The notes: generated by a model from the letters alone, not told the origin. 63,761 bases of DNA, filler included, from Octopus bimaculoides (GCF_001194135.2; 6 parts of 5 records of this genome joined end to end with filler, not necessarily neighbours in it); one strand, 5' to 3'; shown: positions 10,766 to 25,504, numbered from the whole stretch's first letter. A program made the numbers and translations.

Positions 10766-11974
10766 GATGTAGTAAGTTAGTCTTGGCTTTATATAATATC
10801 TGTTGAGATAATTTTTTCTGGGGTTAAATTGAATAACTATTAGGTTATAGGTAGGGTATGATGGAGAAGTATTGCGAGAAACTTTTATTGATTAAATTTG
10901 GTTATGTTGTTGTTCAGTATTTATTCATACGTGTAAAACTTTGTAAACAGGCGCATATATTTAGGTGTGTCAGTTTCAGGTCATGAAATTGTTTTTTAGT
11001 GATTCACAAAAAGAAGTAGGTAGAGGATGTTCTTTGGTCAGCAGATGTCATTAATTCTAGTTATTTTTCGTTTTTTATTTATTTACTCCTTTGCTTTCGC
11101 AATGCAAATGCCAGAGTTCAAAGTTTAGTCCAGCATGTAAAAACTTAGCAATTGGGTGTAACAATTTGTCTTATAATGGGATTTTTAAGGGTTCACGAAA
11201 GAATGCAATGCAAATAGGTGCTATGTTTTAGTTGGTCAGAGAGCTTCTTTACTTGCTGTTGATGTTATTTAGAGTATTTCCTGTTTGTATTTGGATGGTG
11301 GAGGTTATTAGTCAAGTATGTCATGATGTTGTTCGTATAAATAATTTTTTTGTCTTGTGTTTTGATGTACACAATAGAATGTGGGTAAGTGTAAAGGTTG
11401 TTGATCAGTATATTTCTCTCTAGGAGTTCATTGTTCTATAAGCAATTTGATTTATATGTAGAAATGTTAAGCTTTGTGTTTTACGGAAGCAGGATTAGTG
11501 GGCTATGTGCTTATAAATATTTCTTCGCTTCTGTTTCAAAGGTGGGTATTTTATAATATATTTTAGGTCTTAGGAAATATGCGAAAATAGGGTGTTATAA
11601 AAAAAAGTGTGTATATACTCATGTATTAAAATTGGAATAAAAATACAATTCAATAAAAAAAATTAATTTAGATATTTAAAAAAATTTAAATTTAAGAGTG
11701 GCAGGATAAAAAAGAAAATGTTCATCTAACTTGCTTGCATATAAATATATATTTCTGTAAGCGTATGTTGGTTTGTCCACTTACGTTAGAAAATCTTTTG
11801 TGGGGTTAATTTTGGTTGGAGATTGGGAAAGTTTTATATGATTTCTAAGTGCTTGTTTAGTGTTCAGTTGTGAAAATGATTTTTATATATACTATGGGAT
11901 AGTTTATGGTGAATGTGGAAGGAGAGAATGTGGTGAAATATATTTTAGCTGTTATATAAAAAAAAACTATTAGT

Positions 11975-12935
11975 TTTAAATATTTTTGTGTTTTTAAGCT
12001 CTTGTACTTGCACGAAGAGACTAGTTCAGTGTTTCGGTTCAGAATTTGGTTCTTGAATGGGAGAATATAGTAGGATTCATTAGTACAAAGTTAGTAGAGT
12101 TTGTTGTTACCTTTGTATGATTGTGCATGTGAGAATATTTTCCAATTGATGTTTGGATAGTGATGCTTAGGGTTACGATAAGTGTGCATGCGTTGGTTAT
12201 ATCGTGTCTTGAAGTGGTATGCTGTAGATCCTATATAAGTAGATATAGTAGCTGGTGTCCTCTTCGTGGTTACCGTTGCACTACAGACAATTTCTTTCAA
12301 AATGGCAAGATAAAGTTGTTCCACATTTGCAATTATTATTATGAGTGTGATTTAGGTTTTCACTTTTAGACAATTTTTGATGGTTGTAATTGGCTACAAT
12401 TTCCTCAAAGTTGTTGGTCATGGAATATACAATTTCACGTTGTGTTTATTTATTAGTTTGTAGTACTTGTGGTTGGAGTGGAAGTGTTTCTGCAGTAATT
12501 TGAAAAACAATTTAGCTATTGCTATGAAGACGTGTATGTTGAAAGAGGATTAAACCAGATTATTTTCCCTTTTCTATTCTAACGTTTTATTTTATTTATT
12601 GTTGGAGGTTTGTTGTTTATATATTGTACTTTTTTCTTGTAATCTTTGTTATTGAGAGCTTACTATATGGAGTTGCTATTTAATTTAGTATTTTTTTTAG
12701 TTGAAGAAAGACTTAGAGATATGTTTTTTACTAGATTTTTAATAATGCTTTTGAGGTGGCTGGATTGCCTATACATATACTGAACATTTTTGTTGTCTTT
12801 TTATAGGGTTAATAGAAACAAGTTGGTAACATCTAGGAAGTTGACTGATTTTAGTTGTGTTTCTACTGTAATGGAGAAGCCTTAGCTTTTAGAGAAGTGA
12901 TGCAATTCATTCTTAAATTTATAAGTTCTTTGTGG
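11975..12935 (-). mobile_element. Penelope-like retroelement (Naiad-type) RT-thumb/linker/GIY-YIG remnant
   Basis: Minus strand gives GFSITVETQLKSVNFLDVT, KIIWFNPLF..FFKLLQKHF, CKCGTTLSCHFERNCL, IVCSATVTT..TYIGST..FKTRYNQ, LCTNESYYIL..ILNRNTELVSSCKY in the Naiad domain order; heavily mutated. Confidence 0.8.
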
Positions 12936-13113
12936 GATATATATATATATATATACGTATGTGTGTATGTATATATATGTGTGTATGTATACATATGTAT
13001 GTGTGCATGTATGTATGTATGTATGTATGTATGTATGNNNNNNNNNNTGTGTATGTATATGTATGTATGTATGTATGTATGTGTGTCTGTCTGTTTATCT
13101 GTCGGTCTCTCTG

Positions 13114-13146
<33 letters not shown>

Positions 13147-14553
13147 CTATCTATGTGCGTGTGCGTGTGTGTTTGTGGTTGTCTCCTACTCCCGTTTGAC
13201 AACAGGGGTTGGTTTGTTCGGCTAAATCTCTCAAGGCCCTGCAATGGCTGAAACAAGTAAACGATAAAAGAATAAGGTAGAAATCTGGTGTACTTTTAAC
13301 AAATTTAACGATGGAAATAATCTACGTGGTCATTCGACCCGCTAGGAAAAAGCGGTTGTAGTCCTCTTATAACCACAACCTGTCGTCGTAAAAATGGAAG
13401 GAGCTGTTAAAATACACTGTTTCTGATAAAAAAAAAAGATGAATGACCAAGCAGCCACAGTTTGAAGACCTTTGATCATAGGCCTGATATGGATTAAACA
13501 TCAACAACAACAACAACAACAATAGCAACAACATATATTAAAATTTATTTGTGTATAAAGTATGTAGTTTAATTAATGACGAAAAGCGTAGATATGCAAA
13601 TTAAGCTACACAGTAAGGGCGTAACTTAATTTAAGACAACCCGAACCGATGTCTCCTCACGTTTACAGAGGTGGGTTCGGGCAGTTCTGGTTCTGCGGGT
13701 AGCCTTTAACTTTTTTCTATCCAAAGGGTTTTTAATCCGATATTTACCCGCTATTATTTCTAGCTCACCTGTTTCAAGATCCAACGTTCTAAAATGGAAT
13801 TATTTCATGTTCTCTTGAAATTCATAAGTCCTTAAGACATTAACTTCTAATTATATTTTTGCACCGAAGCAATAAACGATGCATGCTAGAAAATCATTTT
13901 TGCTTACAGGATGGCAATCAGTAATCAAAAAACTTAATTTAGTTGCAATATATTTCAATCAGGGCATTTTACGAATCTAGAAAAAAACACACAAATAATC
14001 ATAATGATAACATAAAAAAGCATGCATTAAAAGGTGGTAAACTGACTATGATAAAAAGACAAAATTTAATGCAAACAGATGGTGATTCAATATGAAATTG
14101 AACACTGCTTGTTGATTGAAAGTTGCATGTTAATCCTAATATTATCCAAATATGCGAAAGTCAATTTTGTTCTCATTAGCGATGTGAATGCCATTTTCTA
14201 AGCGAAATTTTGATGAGGATCCCAAATTTAGCTTAAACATTAAAAAAAAATCATATCAACCCTTCCTTTTTAAGGTACAAATATTTTAATTTACTTTAAG
14301 ATAGCAAGGTTATCTCTACCTGCATATCTAGATATTGTAACTGTATGCTCGTCAGAGTTTCTTCTTGTGCCAAGCGCAGATCAAACTTGACCCATGTTTC
14401 CACATTACGCTCGGTGACTGACTCTATTGTGATGTATGCTACTATATGCACTTGTCGTTACGAACGGTCTAAACTCCATCCGACCACCCATTGTTCTTCC
14501 AATCCTTTCACTGACACTATTGCTTACACAGATAAGTACTGCCAAACAATGAT

Positions 14554-14637
14554 GCTTGGATAACAAAGTAAGGATATTTCCAGTTGGACGAATTTTGGCT
14601 TGGATAACAAAGTTAGGATATTTCCAGTTGGACGAAT
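14554..14637. repeat. Local tandem duplication, 44-bp period, 2 copies
   Basis: gcttggataacaaagt[a/t]aggatatttccagttggacgaat starts at 14554 and 14598. Confidence 0.9.
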
Positions 14638-16313
14638 ATATTTTCTATGGAAGTCAAGCATTGACACATCTTCAGAAAGAAATTTCGACCTCATTATGTT
14701 TTCTGTTTTACTATTTTGCGTACTTGACATTGTTGTTTAGCTCCATGCCTTACTTTTTTTTTCAGGTATAGTATATCCAAGTCTTTATTATACAATGTGT
14801 TCTACTTTAAGGTCTTAAAATAGTGGAATGGTAGATTCGTTCGAGAGTCGGGTAAACTGTTTTGTTCTCAAAATGCCGAAGTCAATTTTGCTTCCTTCCG
14901 GGTGTCGATAAAATAAGATAGCAGTCAAATACTGAGGTTGATTTAATCGACTGACATTGAAGTTATGCAAGCTTCTCCAAGCAAGAAAATCGCTTTGTGC
15001 TACTGCGACTTAAGGACGGACGAGGGTTTAAATCCTAATGACTACAGTTTTCCTGTGAGGATCAGGTATCATTAAGTTTGATGATGGAATAATGCCACAA
15101 AATCCTGTAATTGGTAGGATTTGTAACTCACCTCTCATCGCGTCTCATAAGGTGGGATTTGAAGATGACATTACTTTTGCAGAGCACACGATCTGCGCAG
15201 AGACCTTCTCCTTAAGTTTGCTGTTTTACACTCTCCTTTACTTGCAACGCCATGGATCNNNNNNNNNNNNNNNNNNNNNNNNNNNNNNNNNNNNNNNNNN
15301 NNNNNNNNNNNNNNNNNNNNNNNNNNNNNNNNNNNNNNNNNNNNNNNNNNNNNNNNNNNNNNNNNNNNNNNNNNNNNNNNNNNNNNNNNNNNNNNNNNNN
15401 NNNNNNNNNNNNNNNNNNNNNNNNNNNNNNNNNNNNNNNNNNNNNNNNNNNNNNNNNNNNNNNNNNNNNNNNNNNNNNNNNNNNNNNNNNNNNNNNNNNN
15501 NNNNNNNNNNNNNNNNNNNNNNNNNNNNNNNNNNNNNNNNNNNNNNNNNNNNNNNNNNNNNNNNNNNNNNNNNNNNNNNNNNNNNNNNNNNNNNNNNNNN
15601 NNNNNNNNNNNNNNNNNNNNNNNNNNNNNNNNNNNNNNNNNNNNNNNNNNNNNNNNNNNNNNNNNNNNNNNNNNNNNNNNNNNNNNNNNNNNNNNNNNNN
15701 NNNNNNNNNNNNNNNNNNNNNNNNNNNNNNNNNNNNNNNNNNNNNNNNNNNNNNNNNNNNNNNNNNNNNNNNNNNNNNNNNNNNNNNNNNNNTACTCTCT
15801 TCATCGAATCGACGTTGTCTGAACAGGTGCACCGTGTACCACGCATCAGGTGTCGAAGTGATCGCAGAGCAACGTGAGATAAAGTGTTTTTGCTCAAGAA
15901 CACAACGCACCACCCAGTAAAGTGTAATAGTAGGAGAATAGGAAGAGAGACACAAGAAAGAGAAGTACCTTCAGAGAGGATGGGGAAGGGAAAAAGCATA
16001 GCTATACTAGGTAAGGTGGAATGAAGATAGAGAGGAATGGGTAGAAGAGAGGGAGGGATTGGCAAGAAAGAGAACAATGGAGGGAAGATAGAAACAAAGA
16101 GAAGGGAATGACGAGAGGGAGAAGAAAGAGAATAAGATAGAAAAGAAACGATCGTGGAAGGAGAAAATTTCACTTACACATACATACTAACACACACGCA
16201 CAGATACGAACACGCACCAACACTTGTATACATACATAAATACGTCCACACATGATTCTGTCCGGCAATGCAAGAAATTATATATATATCCATGCATACA
16301 TACGTACGTACGT

Positions 16314-16417
<104 letters not shown>

Positions 16418-18029
16418 TTTTTTACAACATGGTTATACTAGTATTTATATGTAGAAGAAAGTATTTCTATCTTTTTTGGCTGAATGCATTCGCAACTAAT
16501 AATTACTAGAAAGTACTATAACACTTTCAATGTGAATCCGAAATGAAACCAGCCATCAGCCAGGCGTATTAAGTCACACAAAATTACTAACTCTATGGAG
16601 TTTCACAATCTGCTAGAAATAGCAGTCAAATTTCCCTCACACCACACCCTACCGTCTTGAAATATAAGAAACATTGAATTATGTAGTCATAGATTGGCAA
16701 TGCCAGAAAAAAGAATGGTTATAGATGGAATACCTTTCATCACCATTGGGGAAATTTTCAAGAATCAAAGAAGTTTGTATTGTTCTAACTTCAATAAAAT
16801 ATTAACGTAATTTATATAAAACATATCTTTATATTTAATTGCCTTTGGATCCAATCCTACAAAGTATTTTCAATCGAAATTTAATTATTAAACACACACG
16901 CATACACATATACGACGGGATTCCTGACAGTTTCCATTTACTAAATCCACTTGCAAGGTATTGGTCGGCCTAAGGCTATAGTAGAAGACACGTGCCCAAG
17001 GCCAATCGAGGCGGAGCTAACGCCGAAGGCAAGTTTCTTAACTACACAGCTATGCCTGCGCTTAACAAAAACAAAATCACTTATTCTGTTGGAATAGTCG
17101 ATCGATGTAAAAATATGTGCCAACAATACTTACATAGCTGTAATCATTTTGATAATAATATTACTCAATATATACACACACAATTAAAACTGAGAAACTG
17201 GAATATATATTCTTACCGTTGTTTTGGAAAGCCTACAAAAGACATAGGCATTGTATCTCCTCCTCTGACGATCTAATAATGGAAGACATTTTACCAGAAA
17301 CTCAGTCTATTTTGTGCAAACGTAAGAGTATTTCCTTTCTATGTTTTATTTAAAGATGTAGTAAATAATTACCGTCCATAAAGTCACGGTTCTTTACAAT
17401 TCTTGTTAATTCCTATTATGTTACTCAAATTTGTTATCTGGAATAATAGCTCTAATATATTTTTATGAAGTTTAAGATGAATGAAAAAAAAAATAACATG
17501 TATAGAAAATATATAAAACATAAAATACACATAAAACAATTATTTACCAATAAAACAATACAAAATTTCTAAATGCTTGTTTGAAATAATTGTTTTCCAA
17601 ATATATAGAATTTAAAAAGAAATGCCTTGCTTGCACCAATTTTTCACTATTTTTATGAGAAATTTTAAAATTAAATTTAAAACTACTTTTTCTTTTGATA
17701 AAATAAACGAATGGAATAATATAATCAGAATTTGTGCTTTTAGTTTTCATGCCGAGTAAGACTAACGCTAAATATCTTTCTTGATTCGCCGAAACTCTCA
17801 ATTATAATAAGATGAATTTCAAATTAATGGAAGATCACTCACAGCTGGCAATTACAGTTGCAATATCTAGTTTTACTGAACAGTTACTTTGAAAGAAAAC
17901 AAGACAAAAACAAACATATCCGCATTGAACGTACAGGCGTTATCCATAAGCCAACTAGACAGAGATCTTGAAAACATTTTTCAGTGAGCATATGACCTAG
18001 CACAGTGTAACAATTTTTGTTTTGTTTTT

Positions 18030-18368
18030 GGTCAGTAAATATTATTTCCTATTTGCTTCTATCTAAAAAATCAAAGGAAATGACTACTATTCTTCAAACT
18101 TTGCTTTTGTGACCTGGACATCAGTGTTTTGAAACTGACCTATTTTCCTTACATTCCAGACAGATTCAACGCTGAGTTGCTGAAGCAGAAACATTGTTAT
18201 AGCAAATATTCAGCTCAATACCACAGATCTGCCTGTTAGTTGCTTGACCATATCCACTTGAGCATGTCCCTTAGTGGTTGACAATATGTGCATCTCTGAT
18301 CATGAGCAGGAGTAGTGGGAGAGCATCATAGCCATGTGTTGAGAGAGATTCTTTGGGATTTGAATAAA
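18030..18368 (+). repeat. Dispersed non-coding repeat family F (part)
   Basis: Shares agccatgtgttgagag..attctttggg.tttgaataa with 63205-63558 in opposite orientation. Confidence 0.6.
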
Positions 18369-19127
18369 TGTAACCTAAGCAAAGTTTGAGGAAATGTTAA
18401 CCATTTTTCATACTTTCTAGGACTTTCTAGGGGTAAGTAAATAGGAAATAACAGTTGCTACTGCTACCCAAGGACAAAAATTGGTGTTACACTTTGTAAT
18501 GCCTAAGAAAACAAGACATGATTCAATGAAAGAATAGTAGCGAAATTTCTCCCCCGCCCAAATAAATAAATAAATGAAATAAATAACACAAAGGACAACA
18601 GTCAGAAAGATATAAAAATACAGAAGGTCATCGTCACTCCAGTTTTAGTTCGAGGCCTTCTCCATCCGGCTACACTTCAAGCGAAATAACCGCACTCTCC
18701 TTTAAATTCGTCAATCAACAGAAGATAACTTGTAGTTACATTGTTATATTTGTCCTGGGTATGGATTTAACTTGCATCCGTTAGTGGGGCCCTGAGTCGT
18801 GAGTTTTAGGGTTTTGAGGAGCGCGGAATTACCTCTTAGTCACTATTGATCCAAAATCTTTTCTCTCTCGGAATAGTAGAATCTGTCAGGCTCCCAGCTA
18901 TGGATTAATTAACTTGTCACGGTTTTTGATCGGTTTTGATCGGTTTTTAAAAAAAGGCTAACAGCAGTAAAGAAACATATATTCATACATTAAATTAGGG
19001 ACAAAAAGTACGTACAAACACACATATATATATATACATATACACATAACAAAGATATATACATATAACTGTATATATACATATACACATAATATATACA
19101 TATATACATACATGTATATGTGTGCGC

Positions 19128-19232
<105 letters not shown>

Positions 19233-19903
19233 TATATATATATACACACACATATATATATATATATATATATGCACATATATACAAACATACAGAAAAT
19301 CCGGAGGGAAGAACCCTAAAGCTGATATGTACGGTTATGCTTAACTAATATCTGGCATTCTCTGCAGCTCCATGGATGCTGCGAACGTATTGACTTGTCT
19401 TTCTTTCGTGGTGCATCCACGACTGGAAAGGTAAAGTCTATATGGATCTAAGCGCTAGCTTCTGGAGACAGTCCAGGCACAGTAGAGGTGGTTTAGCTAC
19501 TGTCTCTGGTCTCTGCAATACCGTTGATCAACGATGAAAAAAAGAAGTCAACCACATTGTTCATATACCTAAAAATATTACTGCCATTTCTATTACTTCA
19601 AAATTTGAATGTTGTTCAGTGCAATTCTGGAGTAGGAAGTTACAACTACATACACGGATTATACACGAAAGAAACAGAAAGACGAACAATCCGACCTGGT
19701 ATGTTAACTGATCTCAGTTATATGGGATTAAGAGTGATATTATGATCCATATAATACAGAATTGTTCTGACATTTTCAGACAGCTTCAAACTACGTACTT
19801 ATCTTTGTATGATGAATCATGATGTAAAAACTATACAATGCCATTTTGACGTAACACAAGAGATCGACTCTTAAGAATGTACAGTGATGTAAAATATATA
19901 ATC

Positions 19904-19999
<96 letters not shown>

Positions 20000-20352
20000 A
20001 CGTCATGAAAATTTGTGTGTGTTGCATGTACTATATACATGTATATATACGTATATATACATGTATATACATAATTATACACAAATATACATATCCATAC
20101 TCACACACACACACGTGCACGCATGCACACACACAAATATACACATATATATANNNNNNNNNNNNNNNNNNNNNNNNNNNNNNNNNNNNNNNNNNNNNNN
20201 NNNNNNNNNNNNNNNNNNNNNNNNNNNNNNNNNNNNNNNNNNNNNNNNNNNNNNNNNNNNNNNNNNNNNNNNNNNNNNNNNNNNNNNNNNNNNNNNNNNN
20301 NNNNNNNNNNNNNNNNNNNNNNNNNNNNNNNNNNNNNNNNNNNNNNNNNNNN

Positions 20353-20388
<36 letters not shown>

Positions 20389-23300
20389 CTGCGAATATAG
20401 TTTTGGCTTCCTCATTGCTGGCAGATGATGTATCTCAACACAAGAAGACAAAGCTGTCGACCTCTTCAGTCTGACGGTATGTATGTGCAATATAACCACC
20501 GTCAATTGCACTTAACACCAGAAAGAACCACATCTGCTCTACACATTTAACCACATGTCACGAAAGTCTCTATAGACACATTTCATAGCCAACGCCCGCT
20601 TTCCATCTTTTTACGTTTTACTCACAGCCGACACTCACACATCATTAAGTGTTTCTGTTTATTTTGCCTACACAAACCATATTAATGCACCGACAACAAC
20701 ACGAATAAATACATTCGCAGACATTTGTTGAACATACCTTCCCGTCATTGCGTTTTTAACGCTAGACTTACTGGATATCTCGACTCGTTCGCTATTGTAT
20801 GTTTGTATGGATGTATGTTTGTATGAATGTATGTTTGTATGGATGTATGTTTGTGTGTAATTATGATTGGAATTAAGTGTGCATGTGTGTATATAGGTAT
20901 GTGTGTAGATGTGTGCATATACCTCTGTATGTAGGCACGTATGTACGGATGGATGCATGTATGTATGACATATATACTAATTAATATCTATATCTATCTA
21001 CATACATACACATATAATATATATATATGTATACATATATAGATATATGTGTATTCTATCTATCTATCTCTCTATCTATATATATATATAATATATATAT
21101 ATATATCTATGTATACATCTATATATATATGTTTGTATATATGTTTTATGAATATATATANNNNNNNNNNNNNNNNNNNNNNNNNNNNNNNNNNNNNNNN
21201 NNNNNNNNNNNNNNNNNNNNNNNNNNNNNNNNNNNNNNNNNNNNNNNNNNNNNNNNNNNNNNNNNNNNNNNNNNNNNNNNNNNNNNNNNNNNNNNNNNNN
21301 NNNNNNNNNNNNNNNNNNNNNNNNNNNNNNNNNNNNNNNNNNNNNNNNNNNNNNNNNNNNNNNNNNNNNNNNNNNNNNNNNNNNNNNNNNNNNNNNNNNN
21401 NNNNNNNNNNNNNNNNNNNNNNNNNNNNNNNNNNNNNNNNNNNNNNNNNNNNNNNNNNNNNNNNNNNNNNNNNNNNNNNNNNNNNNNNNNNNNNNNNNNN
21501 NNNNNNNNNNNNNNNNNNNNNNNNNNNNNNNNNNNNNNNNNNNNNNNNNNNNNNNNNNNNNNNNNNNNNNNNNNNNNNTATATATATATATATATATATA
21601 TATACATACATACATACATACTCATGCATACGTACAGAAGCGTACGAAAAATAAATAAGAAAAATACAAATGTATTTATTCTGAATACCATAAGAAAGTA
21701 TACATAACTTGTAGACGGAATAAGTTGCACACAGGAGGACTTAAGTCGCATGCTGACTGCAAAGAAACAACGCCATTACTCATTACTCGCAGCACAAATC
21801 ACCGTACTTAGTCAAAATTATTGGATACAGAAGCTAAGAAAAATATATTCTTTCTGACAGATATAAACAGTACTTTGTATGGAAGTAATTAGAAGAAAAG
21901 TCAAGTTTACATTTTTTAAATTTTATTTTTATCAATGGCGTATGTCTGGCTATTTTGTGTTGACACAGGTGTAAGCAATCTTCACCAATTTCTCCACCTC
22001 TTTATGGAGATAACATTGCTAGCTAATTTATCATGTTACATTATGGCGGACTGTCACTCGAATTGTTTTCATTTCCTGATAACTGACCGCCTCTATTATT
22101 AAAATGACTACAACGTCATACATTAGGTCACATGTGCCTAATTGAGGGCGCATACCAGTTTTATTTATCTATTTATTTATTTATTTATTTACTTTTATTC
22201 TAAATGACCGTTAGTTGTTTTTTTTAAAATATGTATTTTAGAGTGTAAACTGTGTTTTGTTAGTCCTTTTCTTTCATTGAAATCATATCTGCCCGTCTTT
22301 CAACCTTTCATTCATTTATCTATCCATTCATTCGTTTGTCTGTCTGTCTGTCTGTATGTATGTATGTCTATTTGCAAGCATGCATTAAAAGTATCAAAAA
22401 TCCTTCCTGAGCCATAGGTTCACAAGGTATTTTTAGGAGATGGAAAACTCGCATTATAAATCTTCAATACGTACACTCAAATGTATTTTGCGCGGAAGCA
22501 TAGAAATATCTAGGTTTGTGTGTGGGCGCACAATGAAACCACCATGAGAAGGTAAAACTTTAAAACCAAACCCCTATATATTTGTGGGTATTCTTATATT
22601 GGAAACGTCTTAACGTCTACAGGAAGGCTCTTTAACAGAAAACCAGCGGTTAAATAGTTTCTGGCCATCTTGCACTTGTTTGTTGCTTTTGTTACTGGAT
22701 ATTTAGAGATTGACGACATACATGTCGTACACTCTTATCTCTCTCTCTCTTTCTATATATATAAATACAATGTTTATATACCAAAAACATTTTATAACAT
22801 TTTTCTGACATAATTTAAATATATACTTTAACCATGTAACACAAGCCTTCTGTAGTTTTTTCACTCTTATTATCTTTTATATATANNNNNNNNNNNNNNN
22901 NNNNNNNNNNNNNNNNNNNNNNNNNNNNNNNNNNNNNNNNNNNNNNNNNNNNNNNNNNNNNNNNNNNNNNNNNNNNNNNNNNNNNNNNNNNNNNNNNNNN
23001 NNNNNNNNNNNNNNNNNNNNNNNNNNNNNNNNNNNNNNNNNNNNNNNNNNNNNNNNNNNNNNNNNNNNNNNNNNNNNNNNNGTCCACCATTTCGTCAATC
23101 GCAGCAGCTTGAAGCTTCATCACTAATTCAGTTCTCAACTAAATTGCAAACTGTTAATAGTTTTAAAGAGGACACCTCTTCAGCTACACTTTGGCGTAAA
23201 TAGTTTGAGATTTGGTTCAGTAGAAAAAAAAGTCACATCAAAAATGTGCCAGACCTCAAGTGGGCAGTAAGGCAGATATTCATCTTCAATTAACATAATT

Positions 23301-23520
23301 TTTTTAATATTAAATTAAAAGTATACTTTTCTTAGGCTTAAATGATAGAAAATGCATGAGGAATTCAGAATCGTTAGTCGCATTGAACAAAAATTAGTAG
23401 AAGAACAATTATGAGGTAAAATGTTATGAAATTTAATGTCAGTAAGTAAGGAAGTAAGAAGTAACGCTTAAGCAATAAGAATAAAAAATATATTACTAAA
23501 ATGACTGATTACATCCTAAG

Positions 23521-23900
23521 GCTGCGAGCTGGCAGAAATGCGTCGGGCGAAATGCTTGGCGGTATTTCATCTTTATGATTTAAGTTCAAACTTCGCCGAG
23601 GTTGACTTTGACATACAGATTATTTAATTAATATACTGGTCGAATATGTCACATAGAACAGGATTTTTGACAAAATTTTGTATTTTAGAAGCGGTATTTC
23701 GTCTGTCTTTACGTTCTGAGTTCAAATTCCGCCGAGGTCGACTTTGCTTTTCATCCATTTCGGATCTATTCAATTAGACGTACAGATTATTTAATTAATT
23801 TTTTTTCAACTAAACACTTTCAAACTTCAGATACTGGTAGAACGTGTCACATAGAACAGGGTTTACTCTTAACGTTTTTGACAAAATTTTGTATTTTAGA
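23521..23900 (+). repeat. Two SINE family B head fragments within an imperfect tandem duplication
   Basis: ggtatttc..agttcaaa..cgccgagg..gactttg occurs twice, each followed by tacagattatttaattaat..gtcacatagaacagg..ttttgacaaaattttgtattttagaa. Confidence 0.7.
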
Positions 23901-24649
23901 AATTATTGCGCCAGAAGTTACAGAGTGACAATGAACAAATTCGTGTTTGATAAGTGCCAATACACGAAACTCTCAGCTTTTGACTTACTCTCTAACTTCT
24001 TCTGATGATATATATACATATTACATATATGTGTAAAAAAATCTCATCACGCAATCGAACCAATGAAAGAGCTTCTACCTGGTCGCTCGACACGCTAAAT
24101 CACACGCCCATTGTATGTAATGCCCTAGATTATCCATAAAAAAGACGGTTTGCTGAAGGCTGGAATGTCTTTGATGATACGTTGCAGTATCAGGGTTGAT
24201 TTGAGGCTAAATAACAACAACATTATGGTCAATTTCTATATTAATACCCGCATGATTTTCATAAAGAAAAAGAAAAAAATTTGATTTTTTACATGGAATC
24301 AAGTACTGTGACGTCCGAAAATACTGCAAATTCCTTATTTTGGTTCGGAAAAAATGAGGTGGGGGTTCCCCCAATCCCGGAATCATTGAAATTTCTTTTT
24401 GTTGAATGAATTCCTGTGACCTCCTAATATTGCAAAATTAGGTTACTTAAGGTGAACCTGGTAACTGATGGTTTTGGGGTCTTGTTGTTTGTAATTTTTG
24501 GTGAGCCATGGTACAGCCAATAACATGGTAAAAATCCCAGCCATTAATTTGGTGTGGATGGGTAATATCAAATAATTCAACCACAACATATATTTAAATT
24601 AAACATGAAAAAAATTGAAATATTATCATCACTTACATGGAAAAATTGA

Positions 24650-25090
24650 AGAAATATCTAAAGAAAACATTTTAGAGGTCCTCGTTAGACATTTCTGCTG
24701 TAGAGGATGAAGATGATGTGAGTGAATTTGTGGAACTAATTCAATCTTATCGATTAAAAATTTGTCTGAGACATCTTAGTTTTTTTAGATAATGCTATTT
24801 AATTTTTCTCCGAAAAAAGATCCTCAAAGAGACAGGAGTTCAGAAACTAATAGGTTAACAATGTATGGTTAGGAGTACTAAAAGAAATTTTACAAACGAG
24901 AAGAAACATTCCAACAAACACTGACCATGCTTACAGAAGTATAAAATTATCTTATTGGTTTTCATTAAACCCTTCTAAATGTATGTATAACACCTCTATA
25001 TTTTCATGTTAAATATTGAGAGTGTTTTGAATATCTCGTTTAAGAAGTTTGAGGATGTTTTTGTTAGCAGGAACATATCGTAGGAACATA
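24650..25090 (+). mobile_element. hAT-like transposase C-terminal remnant
   Basis: Fragments NTDHAYR and LNIESVLNISFKKFEDVFVSR resemble the hAT dimerisation domain (FPN..IA.R / LSIE...IDF.DII..F); very decayed. Confidence 0.4.
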
Positions 25091-25390
25091 ACTTTTGTTT
25101 TCTATCATTGAGTGGGTCTATTAGAAAATTGATGCTTTACGTCATTTCACTTAAAGTCACACTTCTCAAGAACCAGAACCTATCAACAACGTTCAGAGAA
25201 GACTGACAAAATAAGTGTATGTATGTATGTATGTATGTATGTATGTATGTATGTATGTATGTACATATGCATGTATTACATATATATATANNNNNNNNNN
25301 NNNNNNNNNNNNNNNNNNNNNNNNNNNNNNNNNNTTAATTAATTAANNNNNNNNNNNNNNNNNNNNNNNNNNNNNNNNNNNNNNNNNNNN

Positions 25391-25458
25391 ACCCAAGGCG
25401 CACAGAGCTGCGCTCGGTAGTGAAGTGAAAGCACGTTATAAAAATAAAACTACTGAAC

Positions 25459-25500
<42 letters not shown>
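25391..25500 (+). mobile_element. 3' end and (AAT)n tail of the same Dong/R4-like LINE as 1198-1523
   Basis: acccaaggcgcacagagctgcgctcggtagtgaagtgaaagcacgttataaaaataaaactactgaac matches the reverse complement of 1199-1266; 5' part hidden in a gap. Confidence 0.85.

Positions 25501-25504
<4 letters not shown>

Noticed and set aside
10770-11970. SECIS element downstream of the Naiad-type ORF
   Set aside because: No convincing SECIS stem visible; the sequence is too decayed to judge by eye.
20425-20485. Short ATG-initiated stretch followed by a good donor (G|gtatgt)
   Set aside because: No partner exon or homology; not supportable.
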